This document shows positions 35,754 through 45,084 of a stretch of 64,000 nt of DNA, in pieces. A program made the translations under genes and the position numbers. Source of the stretch: Candidatus Lloydbacteria bacterium RIFCSPHIGHO2_02_FULL_50_18 (lineage in GTDB: Bacteria > Patescibacteriota > Minisyncoccia > Phycocordibacterales > UBA6899). Where the stretch lies: assembly GCA_001821395.1 (NCBI GenBank), contig MHLM01000006.1:1-64000 (forward strand). Direction: 5' to 3'. Each line of letters opens with the position of its first letter. The first letter of the stretch is position 1. The notes beneath the pieces were generated by a model. The model worked only from the letters and a program-made list of their open reading frames with translations. It had not been told where the DNA came from and did no database searches.

Positions 35754-36278
35754 TTACTGCACGCTTTTTAAGCTATCTAAGACTATCGCTGCGGTACCTG
35801 ACCAGACCCCGCCTGCTCCAGACCCTTTCACTTCAAATCGTGAGATGGTCAAATGGGAGGGAAATTCTTCCAGAAGTCGCAGAAAATGATACATTTGCCC
35901 CCAAGTTCCACTCATTGAAAATGAGCCACGCAGACTAGGCTGTGCATCAGTGCTCAAATCGAGTGATACTGTTTCTATCCTCGCACCGGTCGTACTCGAA
36001 CCGAGTTGTTCCATCCGTGAAACAAAATCTATTTGGCTTTCATCACTCGGATCATATAAGAATTTTAGCATTTCCTCATGGTCTTTTTCTACGGTAGCCA
36101 ATGTGCGTTTCAGGGCGATCAGGTTTCTCCCTTTTTGATCCTGCAGGAGCAACTCCTTACGTAATTCACTACCCTCATCTTTTTTACTCTGTATCACTGT
36201 ATACCCCCACCACAAACCCGCCGCCATGAATGCGTCGAGTGCGAGCAGTATCATCAGGATGTGTAAAATACGTTTCAT
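35754..36278 (-). CDS. pilO: Type IV pilus assembly protein PilO-like
   Basis: 174 aa; N-terminal TM; operon position after pilN. Confidence 0.55.
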   Translation of the reverse strand: MKRILHILMILLALDAFMAAGLWWGYTVIQSKKDEGSELRKELLLQDQKGRNLIALKRTLATVEKDHEEMLKFLYDPSDESQIDFVSRMEQLGSSTTGARIETVSLDLSTDAQPSLRGSFSMSGTWGQMYHFLRLLEEFPSHLTISRFEVKGSGAGGVWSGTAAIVLDSLKSVQ

Positions 36279-36279
36279 A

Positions 36280-36825
36280 CTATTTGATCGTTTTTTTGAA
36301 TGTTACCGTCACGGTAAAATCGATCGGTGACTTCTTCGTAATGAAACTGCTTCCGAATTTTATCGATTCCACCATTGATGTCTTGAACGCCTTCTGCAGT
36401 GCAAGTAATTCTTCACGAGTTATTGCAGTTCCCGAAAATTGGATGGCGATGATCCCGCCCATTTCAGCATACGCAACAGAAGAGAGCTCTATCCCGCGAG
36501 GTTTATTTTGCAGCAACTCCCCAATCAGACGTGAGGGCGGTATCCCGAGTATGTCATCGGACGATTGAAGCAACGCAAGCTCCTTTTTGATCGTCGTTAA
36601 TTGCGAAGGAATTTGCTCATTCACTTCAGGAGAAAGCGTCTTCTTCTGTTCCAATTCATCTGCAAGAGTTTTTGTCATCGAATTCATAATAAAATATGAC
36701 GGCAAAAAGAGGATGACCGAGGAGAGCTCAAGGACAAAGAGCGCGCACAGGACCACGATGACCAGACGAAGTCGGTATTCCTTATGGATCGTTTTTTTCG
36801 CGATAGGAGGGAGGAGGTTGATCAT
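36280..36825 (-). CDS. pilN: Type IV pilus assembly protein PilN-like
   Basis: 181 aa; N-terminal TM; adjacent to pilM; 4-bp overlap. Confidence 0.6.
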   Translation of the reverse strand: MINLLPPIAKKTIHKEYRLRLVIVVLCALFVLELSSVILFLPSYFIMNSMTKTLADELEQKKTLSPEVNEQIPSQLTTIKKELALLQSSDDILGIPPSRLIGELLQNKPRGIELSSVAYAEMGGIIAIQFSGTAITREELLALQKAFKTSMVESIKFGSSFITKKSPIDFTVTVTFKKTIK

Positions 36826-37916
36826 AGGTGGGAAAAGGTATTACGGAGAGCCAGTCCGATCGCCGCTGAATACCCATGGGACTCACGCATCGTAAGCGGC
36901 GGCACATATGTCTCGAACGAACAAACGTTGACCCAAGAATTTGCGATCGTGACCCTTACGGCTAATTCCATTCCAAGAAACTCGGTGATACCGCGCAAAT
37001 TCGCCCCTCCTCCGGTGATAAATACGCATTCAATGTTCCCTCCGACCTTTTCACCATGATGCGTCTGCCAATATGAATAGTGCCTCATCAATCGCGTGCG
37101 AAGGTCGGACACCACGGGTAGCATGGCATGATAGACCGCATCCGATTTCTCTCCCCCGACCAGACCATGCAGGACCTTTAATGCTTCAGCCTCATCATGG
37201 GTGACATTAAGTGCGCGCTCAATAGCCTGCGTCAGATAATGACCACCAATATCGAGTGATGCGGAGAACTGCACGACCCCGTTCGCAGCAACAAAAACAT
37301 TCGTTTCCATTTTTCCGATATCCAACACGAGAAAGGTCCCATTGTCCCCATGCGGAATAAGTGCGCGCGCCATTGCCTGCGATTCAAATTCAAACGCCTT
37401 CGGAGTGATCCCCGTCCCTGAAAAAATATCGAGATATTCTTCAACGACGACACGGGGCAGCACGGACACCACAACGTCCATATTTTCCTGACGCTTTGTC
37501 GCCGACTCCCCGACAACAACATAATCAAATACGGCATCAACGCCTGAAATTGGTACGTGTTCTTCAAGTCGTAGCTCGATCGTATCATGAAGGTCTCCAG
37601 GTGAAACGCGGGGAATACGCATATTAGCCAGATATGCCTGCTCCTCGGGAAGCGAAATATTCGCAAAAGAAAGATCGTGCTCCTTTGCAAGTGAGGCGAT
37701 CGCATCCTGTAGTTTTTTCTTGTCACGAACATGTCCCTCGGAAATGATCCCGAGAGGAAAATTCCTTGTGGCATGTCGCACGACCTCAAGGCAACCGTTC
37801 CGATTCTTGTCGAGTTCGATGAACCGAAGCGCATCAGCGGAAATATCAAAGCCGACCGCAGGCATGGAGAGGAATTTGGGTGCAGTAAGAAAAGGCATCA
37901 CCCATATTATACGCAA
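36822..37916 (-). CDS. pilM: Type IV pilus assembly protein PilM (actin-like ATPase fold)
   Basis: 364 aa; VGFDISADALRFIEL N-terminal motif. Confidence 0.8.
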   Translation of the reverse strand: MRIIWVMPFLTAPKFLSMPAVGFDISADALRFIELDKNRNGCLEVVRHATRNFPLGIISEGHVRDKKKLQDAIASLAKEHDLSFANISLPEEQAYLANMRIPRVSPGDLHDTIELRLEEHVPISGVDAVFDYVVVGESATKRQENMDVVVSVLPRVVVEEYLDIFSGTGITPKAFEFESQAMARALIPHGDNGTFLVLDIGKMETNVFVAANGVVQFSASLDIGGHYLTQAIERALNVTHDEAEALKVLHGLVGGEKSDAVYHAMLPVVSDLRTRLMRHYSYWQTHHGEKVGGNIECVFITGGGANLRGITEFLGMELAVRVTIANSWVNVCSFETYVPPLTMRESHGYSAAIGLALRNTFSHL

Positions 37917-37973
37917 TTGGCCCTACTCTGCCAAAGGAAAACTGCATGTGGTGGCGGGATTATTTGAAAGACG

Positions 37974-38321
37974 CTAGCGTAGTGCGCTTCCGGCGGGTAC
38001 CTCCTTGTCCGGATGCAGCAACACCGCACCTCCATCGGCGACACCAACAGCAAGGATCATGCCGTAACTCGTAAGTCCGCGCATCGTTCGTGGCTCAAGG
38101 TTGGTCACAAAGGGGCACTGCTTTCCGATCAGCTCTTCAGGCTGATAATATTCACGGATCCCGGAAAGGATCTGCCGCGGTTCCGCCTCACCGAAATCAA
38201 CAGTGAGTTTCAGTAGTTTATCCGCGCCCTCGATGTACTCGGCGGTCATGATCGTTCCGATCTTCATTTCAATCGCGTGGAAATCCTCTACGGTGGCCAT
38301 ATGGCAGGTATAGTAACACAA
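37974..38321 (-). CDS. tRNA-binding domain protein (CsaA/Trbp111-like)
   Basis: 115 aa EMAP/MetRS C-terminal-like OB fold (KIGTIMTAEYIEGADKLLKLTVDFG). Confidence 0.75.
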   Translation of the reverse strand: MCYYTCHMATVEDFHAIEMKIGTIMTAEYIEGADKLLKLTVDFGEAEPRQILSGIREYYQPEELIGKQCPFVTNLEPRTMRGLTSYGMILAVGVADGGAVLLHPDKEVPAGSALR

Positions 38322-38792
38322 CTACTCGTCATCAGAAAATTCTTCCTGCAGTTTTGGGAAATGTTTATCCAAATAACTCTGCAGGATGATGGCCGCAGCC
38401 GACGCATCATTTTGGGGATTATCCCCCTGCAAATGCATTGCTTCCCGGGAAGAAAGCACTTCGTTCATAAGAAAAATGGGGAGCGACGTCGTCGTCTTCA
38501 ACTGTCCCATGAACACGCCGATCTTTTTCATGATCGGATTCGGTAGATTCTGAAAATTCAACGACTCACCAATAACGATGGCATCAATGTGTTCCTTTTG
38601 ACAAATAGCAACAATATCCTCGATCAAGGAGTGAGTATTCAAGATGACGCACAAAGGAAAGGCCATCGTTCCCCCATCTGGGGCAACCGCAAGCCCAACG
38701 CGCTTTGTTCCAAAATCAATACCTAAATATTTCATCTCTACACAGTAGCGCACGTTCTCTGAGGGCACAACGTGATGAGTTTCGGTGAGCAA
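38322..38792 (-). CDS. ruvX: Holliday junction resolvase-like YqgF/RuvX
   Basis: KYLGIDFGTKRVGLAV N-terminal signature. Confidence 0.85.
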   Translation of the reverse strand: MLTETHHVVPSENVRYCVEMKYLGIDFGTKRVGLAVAPDGGTMAFPLCVILNTHSLIEDIVAICQKEHIDAIVIGESLNFQNLPNPIMKKIGVFMGQLKTTTSLPIFLMNEVLSSREAMHLQGDNPQNDASAAAIILQSYLDKHFPKLQEEFSDDE

Positions 38793-38855
38793 TCAAGCAA
38801 AGCGCTCTCCTTTGACTAATCAAAATGGCGCCACATGGCGCTCATTTTTAACGGG

Positions 38856-38942
38856 CGGAGGAGGTGAGATTCGAACTCACGGTCCACTTACATGGACGAC
38901 GGTTTTCAAGACCGTTGCCTTAAACCACTCAGCCACTCCTCC
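38856..38942 (-). tRNA. tRNA-Ser (TGA), type II
   Basis: Acceptor GGAGGAG/CTCCTCC, anticodon loop CTTGAAA, long variable arm, T-loop GAGTTCGAATCTC. Confidence 0.8.
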
Positions 38943-39235
38943 CTTATTGCACTCAGCCTCTCTTTCTAAATCGAACGAAACGCACAAATTCATTCGTGCT
39001 CATCACTATACTGAAAAATAGATAATTGGCAAAAGATCAATGTGGTATTGCTAATTCTTTTTTAATCGGAGCGCTTGACAAGCTGAACATATTGTGCTAA
39101 ACTTTCGCTAGTCTTCTTTGAAGAACCGTCTGTGGTCACCCCCGTGTCAATAAAAGCCTTATGGGCATCGGGGTGACCACAACAATACCGTTACCAGCCC
39201 ACGGCGGGTGTCAGCCGAAACTTTAGGAGATCTCC

Positions 39236-39739
39236 ATGGAAACAAACACTATGTCCTTCAATGAGCGTGAGACATTGCGCATCAGCGCATTCCGCGTCTC
39301 CGAGGCAAAAAAGACAAAAGGGAGGCTGTTGGCCTGGGCAGAAGCCGAGAAGCCACCGCTCGTCACATTCGTGAAGGAGCTGTCCGCTGCAGGGTTCGAC
39401 TACTCGCATGATGACCGCAATGCGGCGGTCTATGTCTGCGAAGGCGTGGAGATCCGCGCATTCGGCGGGGCGATCAACCCACCGGAAGCAAACGGAAAGC
39501 GGTTTACCGCCAACTTGAATCGTGAGCAACTCATGGCAAAATCGCGCCGCGAGGAGCTCGCGCGAAATCGTGCCCATGCACCTGAAACGGCCGCCGATCG
39601 GGCAAAGCGCGAGTCGGACCGTGTGGCTCGTCGACTTGAACGTCAGTCCGCTCAACCCAAGAAAGGCTTCGGCGGATCAACCGATCCTCACGGTAAGGGT
39701 AAGGATAAGGGCGACAAGAAAAACGGCAAGAAAAAATAG
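39236..39739 (+). CDS. Hypothetical protein with a Lys-rich tail
   Basis: 167-aa ORF followed by the terminator CCCCGCATGCGGGG plus a T-run at 39762..39787. Confidence 0.5.
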   Translation: METNTMSFNERETLRISAFRVSEAKKTKGRLLAWAEAEKPPLVTFVKELSAAGFDYSHDDRNAAVYVCEGVEIRAFGGAINPPEANGKRFTANLNREQLMAKSRREELARNRAHAPETAADRAKRESDRVARRLERQSAQPKKGFGGSTDPHGKGKDKGDKKNGKKK

Positions 39740-39841
39740 TCCTGCCACAAGCACATTTAAGACCCCGCATGCGGGGTCTTTTTTCTTTTCCCCTTTTTAC
39801 ATTGAGCAGCGACAAAGTGCATGCTACTATGAACTGACATT

Positions 39842-40291
39842 ATGGAGTGGGACACCCTTGAACATTCATATCATGAAAAAACGAACGACTGGTATCTATC
39901 AGTTATTTTGATCGCGAGTGCATTGATCATTGTGGAATTTTTCATGAATAACTTCCTCTTGATCACACTCACCTTCATCGGGACCATCGCCTTTGTCCTA
40001 CTCGCAGCACGAATACCGGAGATGATACATATCGAGATCCGTGAGATGGGTATCCGCGAGGGAGACCTGCTCTATCCGTACCAGAGTCTCGATGCGTACA
40101 CCGTCACCACATACGAGCACGAAACAAAACTGCTCCTTGAGTCGAACCGCCGCCTCATGCCACTTATTGTCATTCCCATTCCCGATGATATCGACCCCGA
40201 TCAGGTGCGCGTGGAATTAGACAAACATCTCCCCGAAAAAGAACTCCATGAGTCATTTGCACACCTACTCCTCGAACGCCTCGGATTCTAA
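39842..40291 (+). CDS. Hypothetical membrane protein
   Basis: 149 aa with two TM helices. Confidence 0.45.
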   Translation: MEWDTLEHSYHEKTNDWYLSVILIASALIIVEFFMNNFLLITLTFIGTIAFVLLAARIPEMIHIEIREMGIREGDLLYPYQSLDAYTVTTYEHETKLLLESNRRLMPLIVIPIPDDIDPDQVRVELDKHLPEKELHESFAHLLLERLGF

Positions 40292-40368
40292 GCGTTTTTG
40301 ACGAAATACCATTTCGTATGGTAATGTATCCCTAGCCACCCTCCTTGTTTGTTTGGTGGCTTTTATTT

Positions 40369-40440
40369 GTCTCCGTCGTTCAATGGATAGGACAAGAGTT
40401 TGCGGAACTCTAAATATAGGTTCGATTCCTATCGGGGGCA
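40369..40440 (+). tRNA. tRNA-Arg (GCG)
   Basis: Acceptor GTCTCCG/CGGGGGC, anticodon stem AGAGT/ACTCT, loop TTGCGGA. Confidence 0.7.
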
Positions 40441-40679
40441 CAAAACGAGATTCAAAGAGCGCTCTGCAGCGCTCTTTGCGTTTTGTGCGGGCACAGCGAT
40501 GTTTCGTCAGCAGACGAAACCGCGAGCCGGGGTCGCGAGCACTTACGTTTTTTAGTTAGGCTTTGCGCTAAAAAACTTAGTGACTTGTGACACAAGATAG
40601 ATCTCGCCTCCGAAGGAGCCAGCATGACGCGGACGTCGTCCTAGTAGCACGAAATTTTTTACGCTATACTGTCTACAAC

Positions 40680-41066
40680 ATGGAATCCAAAAAAGTACTT
40701 TCGATCGAAGATGACGCGTTCCTCTCCAGTCTTGTTTCAGGGAAACTGGTCGAAAGAGGATTTTCCGTCGTGACCGCGAGCACCGGCAAGGATGGGCTCG
40801 CAAAGGCGACACTCGAACATCCTGATCTTATCCTACTCGACATCATGCTTCCCGATATGGGAGGCTTTGAGATCCTTGAACATCTAAAAAACAACCCCGA
40901 AACAAAAAATATACCCGTGATCATTCTTTCAAATCTTGGAGGAAGAGATGAGATCGAAAAGGGAGTGTCGCTTGGAGCCTCTTCATATCTAATCAAATCA
41001 AACATTCTCCCGCATGAAGTAGCGGAAATGGTCCAAAGCCAGATCGCATCGGCCTCGCATAATTAA
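40680..41066 (+). CDS. Stand-alone response-regulator receiver domain (CheY-like)
   Basis: LLDIMLPDMGGFEILEHLK; the conserved Asp; the ATG at 40680 is preferred over the longer ORF. Confidence 0.8.
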   Translation: MESKKVLSIEDDAFLSSLVSGKLVERGFSVVTASTGKDGLAKATLEHPDLILLDIMLPDMGGFEILEHLKNNPETKNIPVIILSNLGGRDEIEKGVSLGASSYLIKSNILPHEVAEMVQSQIASASHN

Positions 41067-41191
41067 CGAGAAAAAATAGCATAGGACTCGTCCACCAATA
41101 ACTTCATAGTTATTGGTGATGACGGTCCTTTGTGCATCATCCATTTTTTATAGCAACTTATTCATGGATGAGGCCATGGCTCACCATCGTA

Positions 41192-41230
41192 GAAAAAAAC
41201 ACACTCATGAATCATGAGTGTGTTTTTTGT
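41192..41230. terminator. Bidirectional rho-independent terminator
   Basis: aaaaaaacacactcatgaatcatgagtgtgttttttg between convergent genes. Confidence 0.7.
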
Positions 41231-41237
41231 TTCAAAA

Positions 41238-41549
41238 TTACTTTTTTGCTTTCGCGACCTTCGGTACCTTTACGACGGGAATTTTTACGCTTTCCTTTTT
41301 CATAAAGAGCACGAGACGTGACTTCTTTCTTGCGGCAGTGTTCTTTTTGATCACTCCGCGCTTTGCCGCCTTATCAATAGCCTTATATACACCGGGAAGT
41401 GCTTTTAACGCACCCTCATGATTCCCCGCCTCAGACAACTTGCGGAGCGCCTTCATCCCATCCTTCATCGTGTCTGAACGACGAAGATTCAATACGCGCT
41501 TACGCGCCGATACTCTGATTGCCCGCTTTGCGGAAGACGTGATTGCCAT
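41238..41549 (-). CDS. rpsT: Ribosomal protein S20
   Basis: MAITSSAKRAIRVSARKRVLN... (S20 family); the longer ORF's N-terminal 90 aa is judged spurious. Confidence 0.8.
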   Translation of the reverse strand: MAITSSAKRAIRVSARKRVLNLRRSDTMKDGMKALRKLSEAGNHEGALKALPGVYKAIDKAAKRGVIKKNTAARKKSRLVLFMKKESVKIPVVKVPKVAKAKK

Positions 41550-41672
41550 AATCGAGAATCCTACAGGAGTCGCAAACAAAAGGCAAGCGGACGGCCGTGG
41601 GGGGCAAACAGTCGCACGAACGATCTCGCCACCCATCGCCACAATGCGTCTTCGCATAGTACAATATGATTC

Positions 41673-42248
41673 ATGATCGGATACATAGAAGGAACCGTAA
41701 AATGGAAGGATGAGCGCACGCTCATCGTGCTTGTTTCCGGCATAGGCTACATACTTTCCGGTACTCCGCACCTTCAAAATGCGGCCAAGGTCGGTGGATC
41801 GATAGCACTCTTTACCCACCTTGCCGTTCGGGAAGATGCACTCGATCTGTATGGTTTTCTAGAGCGGGACGAACTCATGCTTTTTCGATTGCTCATCGGT
41901 ATTTCCGGTATTGGACCGCGGAGCGCAATGAACGTCCTTGCGCTTGCCGATCGCAGTACACTCATTCATGCCATACAAAAGGGTGACGCAAGTTATCTCA
42001 CCAAAGTCTCAGGTATCGGAAAAAAGCTCGCAGAGAAAATCATTCTTGAACTCAAAGATAAGGTCGCCACATGGAACGCGGGGGAACAAAGTGCGAGTGC
42101 TGAAAGCGAAGCGCTTGATGCGCTCGAAGCACTCGGATATCTCCCCAGAGATACAAGAGAGATCGTACGACTACTCACGAAAGAGCACGAAAAACCCGAA
42201 GACATCATTCGTCGTGCACTACAGATCCTCGGGGGACGCCTAGAGTAG
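41673..42248 (+). CDS. ruvA: Holliday junction branch-migration complex subunit RuvA
   Basis: MIGYIEGTV..LLIGISGIGPRSAMNVL. Confidence 0.9.
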   Translation: MIGYIEGTVKWKDERTLIVLVSGIGYILSGTPHLQNAAKVGGSIALFTHLAVREDALDLYGFLERDELMLFRLLIGISGIGPRSAMNVLALADRSTLIHAIQKGDASYLTKVSGIGKKLAEKIILELKDKVATWNAGEQSASAESEALDALEALGYLPRDTREIVRLLTKEHEKPEDIIRRALQILGGRLE

Positions 42249-42300
42249 CGGGATGGCCTACCGCTTTTTTTGAAGCATTTCGTCATGCTATGATAGCTTC

Positions 42301-43563
42301 ATGCTTTCGATCGTGAAACGTATCACTCCGCAATTCGTTCTGCGCGCACTGCGTCCCGTCTACCACTACCTGCTTGCCCTCATCGGCGCGCTCTATTACC
42401 GCTTCCCGGGAAGAGAGCTCATCGTCGTCGGGGTGACCGGAACAAAAGGCAAATCAAGTACCGCGGAGATACTGGGAAATATTTTTGACCGTGCGGGATA
42501 TACGACAGCTGTGCTTGGGACGATCAAATTCAAGATCGGCAACACCACGGAGCGCAATCTCAAAAAAATGACGATGCCTGGTAGATTTTTTGTGCAAAAA
42601 TTTCTTCGCGATGCCGTCCGAGCCGGCTGTACGCACGCGGTCATCGAAATGACTTCTGAGGGTGCCAAGCAATACCGAGAACGATTCATCGACATGGATG
42701 CGCTCATCTTCACCAACCTCTCTCCGGAACATATCGAATCGCACGGCTCGTATGAGCACTATCGTGCAGCGAAACTTGCTATTGCACGCACACTCGCACG
42801 CTCAAAAAAACAGAAGCGCTTCATGGTCGGGAATGCAGACGACAAGGAATCCGCTTTATTCTTTGCCGTGCCTGACGTCATTCCCATACCCTTCTCCCTC
42901 GACCAAGCGAAAGGGCTCATTGCGGACGAGAAACACATCGCATTTCTCTGGCATGACACCGCGGTAACGAGTGACCTCGGCGGTCGATTCAACGCCTTTA
43001 ACATCCTCGCTGCGGCAACGGTGGCGCGCGAGCTTGGAGTGCCTCTCCCCGCGATCGTGGATGGCATAGCAACAACTGCGAAGATCGACGGGCGACTAGA
43101 GCGCATCGAAGTCGGACAGACCTATCCGGTCATCGTAGACTACGCGCATACGCCCGACTCCCTTGAGGCGGTCTACAAGACCTTTACCGAATACGACACG
43201 ATATGCGTACTAGGAAATACCGGTGGAGGAAGAGATAAGTGGAAGCGCCCCGTCATGGGAGCACTCGCAGAGCGCTACTGTGGAGAGGTGATCCTCACGA
43301 ATGAAGATCCATATGATGAAGACCCAACACAAATACTCACAGAGATCGCAAGTGGGATGAAACAAAAACATCCGGAGATCATCCTCGATAGACGTGAGGC
43401 GATCATGCGTGCACTATTGCTGGCAAAAGAGAAAAAACATCCCGCCGTACTCATCACAGGTAAAGGGACTGACCCGTTCATCATGGGCCCGAATGGAACA
43501 AAAGAACCGTGGGACGATCGCAGTGTGGCGGAGGAGGCACTGCACAAGGTCCTCGCCTCGTAA
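42301..43563 (+). CDS. Mur ligase family protein, MurE-like
   Basis: VGVTGTKGKSST P-loop and DYAHTPDSLEAV C-terminal motif; shorter than canonical MurE. Confidence 0.55.
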   Translation: MLSIVKRITPQFVLRALRPVYHYLLALIGALYYRFPGRELIVVGVTGTKGKSSTAEILGNIFDRAGYTTAVLGTIKFKIGNTTERNLKKMTMPGRFFVQKFLRDAVRAGCTHAVIEMTSEGAKQYRERFIDMDALIFTNLSPEHIESHGSYEHYRAAKLAIARTLARSKKQKRFMVGNADDKESALFFAVPDVIPIPFSLDQAKGLIADEKHIAFLWHDTAVTSDLGGRFNAFNILAAATVARELGVPLPAIVDGIATTAKIDGRLERIEVGQTYPVIVDYAHTPDSLEAVYKTFTEYDTICVLGNTGGGRDKWKRPVMGALAERYCGEVILTNEDPYDEDPTQILTEIASGMKQKHPEIILDRREAIMRALLLAKEKKHPAVLITGKGTDPFIMGPNGTKEPWDDRSVAEEALHKVLAS

Positions 43564-43575
43564 TACTCCCCGTCT

Positions 43576-44076
43576 TTAACGGATATTCCTATCTGTATCG
43601 AACATGCGATACATAGCTACACCGAACGCGACCGCAACGTTCAATGATTCCTTCTTTCCACGCATCGGAATCTCAACGATCGTATCTGCATGACGCTTCA
43701 TCGCGGGGGATAAACCAAGCACTTCATTGCCGACGAGCACCAATACTTTTTCAGATGCACACTGATACTCCTTGTAATCGATCGCGGACTCATCTTGTTC
43801 TATCGCGACGATTGCAAACCCCTCTTTTTTGAGTTTGTTGATGAGTCGTACAGCACTCTTCACTCCTTCCCAGGCGATCGTCTGCTCTGCACCAAGCGCT
43901 GTCTTCGCGATCTCTTTCACGGGACGGCCAAATCGGTCGAGGGGCAACGGAGCATATCCGGAAAGATAGATGTGTGAAACACCGATCGCATCAGCGGTGC
44001 GGAATATCGATCCCACGTTGTGGGCACTGCGAATGTTGTGCAACAAGATGCGAATATCATGAGACATTGATCCCAT
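43576..44076 (-). CDS. SpoU/TrmH-family RNA 2'-O-methyltransferase
   Basis: IRSAHNVGSIFRTADAIG SPOUT motif. Confidence 0.8.
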   Translation of the reverse strand: MGSMSHDIRILLHNIRSAHNVGSIFRTADAIGVSHIYLSGYAPLPLDRFGRPVKEIAKTALGAEQTIAWEGVKSAVRLINKLKKEGFAIVAIEQDESAIDYKEYQCASEKVLVLVGNEVLGLSPAMKRHADTIVEIPMRGKKESLNVAVAFGVAMYRMFDTDRNIR

Positions 44077-44149
44077 CGTACCTCGGCCTTTAAAAAATCA
44101 AAAACATGTGTTAGTATCGCTTTGTTTCACCATTGTTATATACTTTCCA

Positions 44150-44260
44150 ATATCCCCCTATAACTGTTTTGGTAGATAACAGGAATTAGGGAAAATAAAG
44201 GAAAAAATCTACAGTAATGAACGAAGCACCCACTATAGCTGTTTTGGTAGACAACAGCGG
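44150..44260 (+). repeat. Two degenerate copies of the tRNA-Lys 5' half (44154..44183 and 44229..44258)
   Basis: CCCCCTATAACTGTTTTGGTAGATAACAG and CACCCACTATAGCTGTTTTGGTAGACAACAG versus tRNA CCCCCTATAGCTCAGCTGGTAGAGCAG. Confidence 0.6.
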
Positions 44261-44301
44261 ATAAGTGTAGCCAGAAATAACTCCACCACACACAATGACA
44301 T

Positions 44302-44374
44302 CCCCCTATAGCTCAGCTGGTAGAGCAGTAGCCTTTTAAGCTAACGGTCGCAGGTTCGAGCCCTGCTGGGGGGA
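44302..44374 (+). tRNA. tRNA-Lys (TTT)
   Basis: Acceptor CCCCCTA/TGGGGGG, anticodon loop CTTTTAA, T-loop GGTTCGAGCC; terminator AAAACCGCGCAAGCGGTTTTTT downstream. Confidence 0.85.
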
Positions 44375-44530
44375 CAAGACATAAAACCGCGCAAGCGGTT
44401 TTTTGCTGGGACCCACAAGAAAGTGCCCTACGGCACTTTCGGCAGGGCTCGAAAAGGTTCTCCGTTATTTTCTGGAAATTCCTATTTCTAGAAAATCGGA
44501 AACCTGCACTGCGCCTGTAAGGCGAGAGAC

Positions 44531-44547
44531 CCCTGCTGGGGGGACAA
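44531..44547 (+). repeat. 17-bp direct repeat of the tRNA-Lys 3' end (CCCTGCTGGGGGGACAA); a possible att scar
   Basis: Identical to 44361..44377; the intervening ~150 bp contains a terminator and an 8-bp-stem hairpin (44419..44442). Confidence 0.6.
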
Positions 44548-44731
44548 TGTGCTCTATTCCCCCCAAGAAGGTGCTTTGCGGCGACTAATTTTTCTTATTC
44601 GCTAAATGAGTGAGCGACATGAGAAAGCTTGCGTTCTCATGTTCGAGCGAATGACGCGAAAAAGAGGTCGTCCGATTAGCGGTACTCCGCCTTAGAAATA
44701 CGTCATAACTATTGTTCTGATCCTCGTAGCT

Positions 44732-44968
44732 GTGCAATTCCGCGGACTGTTCGTTTCCGACGACGTCGGCGCACAGGCGCTGAAGAATGAGGGATACACG
44801 AATGTCCGCGTAACAGACAACGCATTCTTCTTGGTCGGAATTCGCGGGTGCGACAACACTGATGCCACGCGGATAACCGCGCTTGTAACAAACTCACAGG
44901 GCAAAGAAGTCACTATGTACGCCTGCGTCGGTTGGCCGTTCAAGGGCGCAACAGTGCGAAACCCCTGA
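44732..44968 (+). CDS. Small hypothetical protein
   Basis: 78-aa ORF followed by the terminator GCCGAGGATCTCTCCTCGGC plus a T-run. Confidence 0.35.
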   Translation: MQFRGLFVSDDVGAQALKNEGYTNVRVTDNAFFLVGIRGCDNTDATRITALVTNSQGKEVTMYACVGWPFKGATVRNP

Positions 44969-45084
44969 TCAGAGTACTAATTCAAAAGCCGAGGATCTCT
45001 CCTCGGCTTTTTTCTGTCCAAATATGCACCTTGCACCAATGAAAATGCAACAAAAAAAACCCGCAATAAATTGCGGGTTGTGTT

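Noticed and set aside
40587-40679. Longer start for the response regulator ORF
   Set aside because: The receiver domain starts at the ATG at 40680, preceded by a TATACT -10 box. The upstream part is non-homologous.
41550-41819. N-terminal 90-aa extension of the rpsT ORF (193-aa track entry)
   Set aside because: S20 homology starts at the internal Met (MAITSSAKR...). The extension has no protein-like features.
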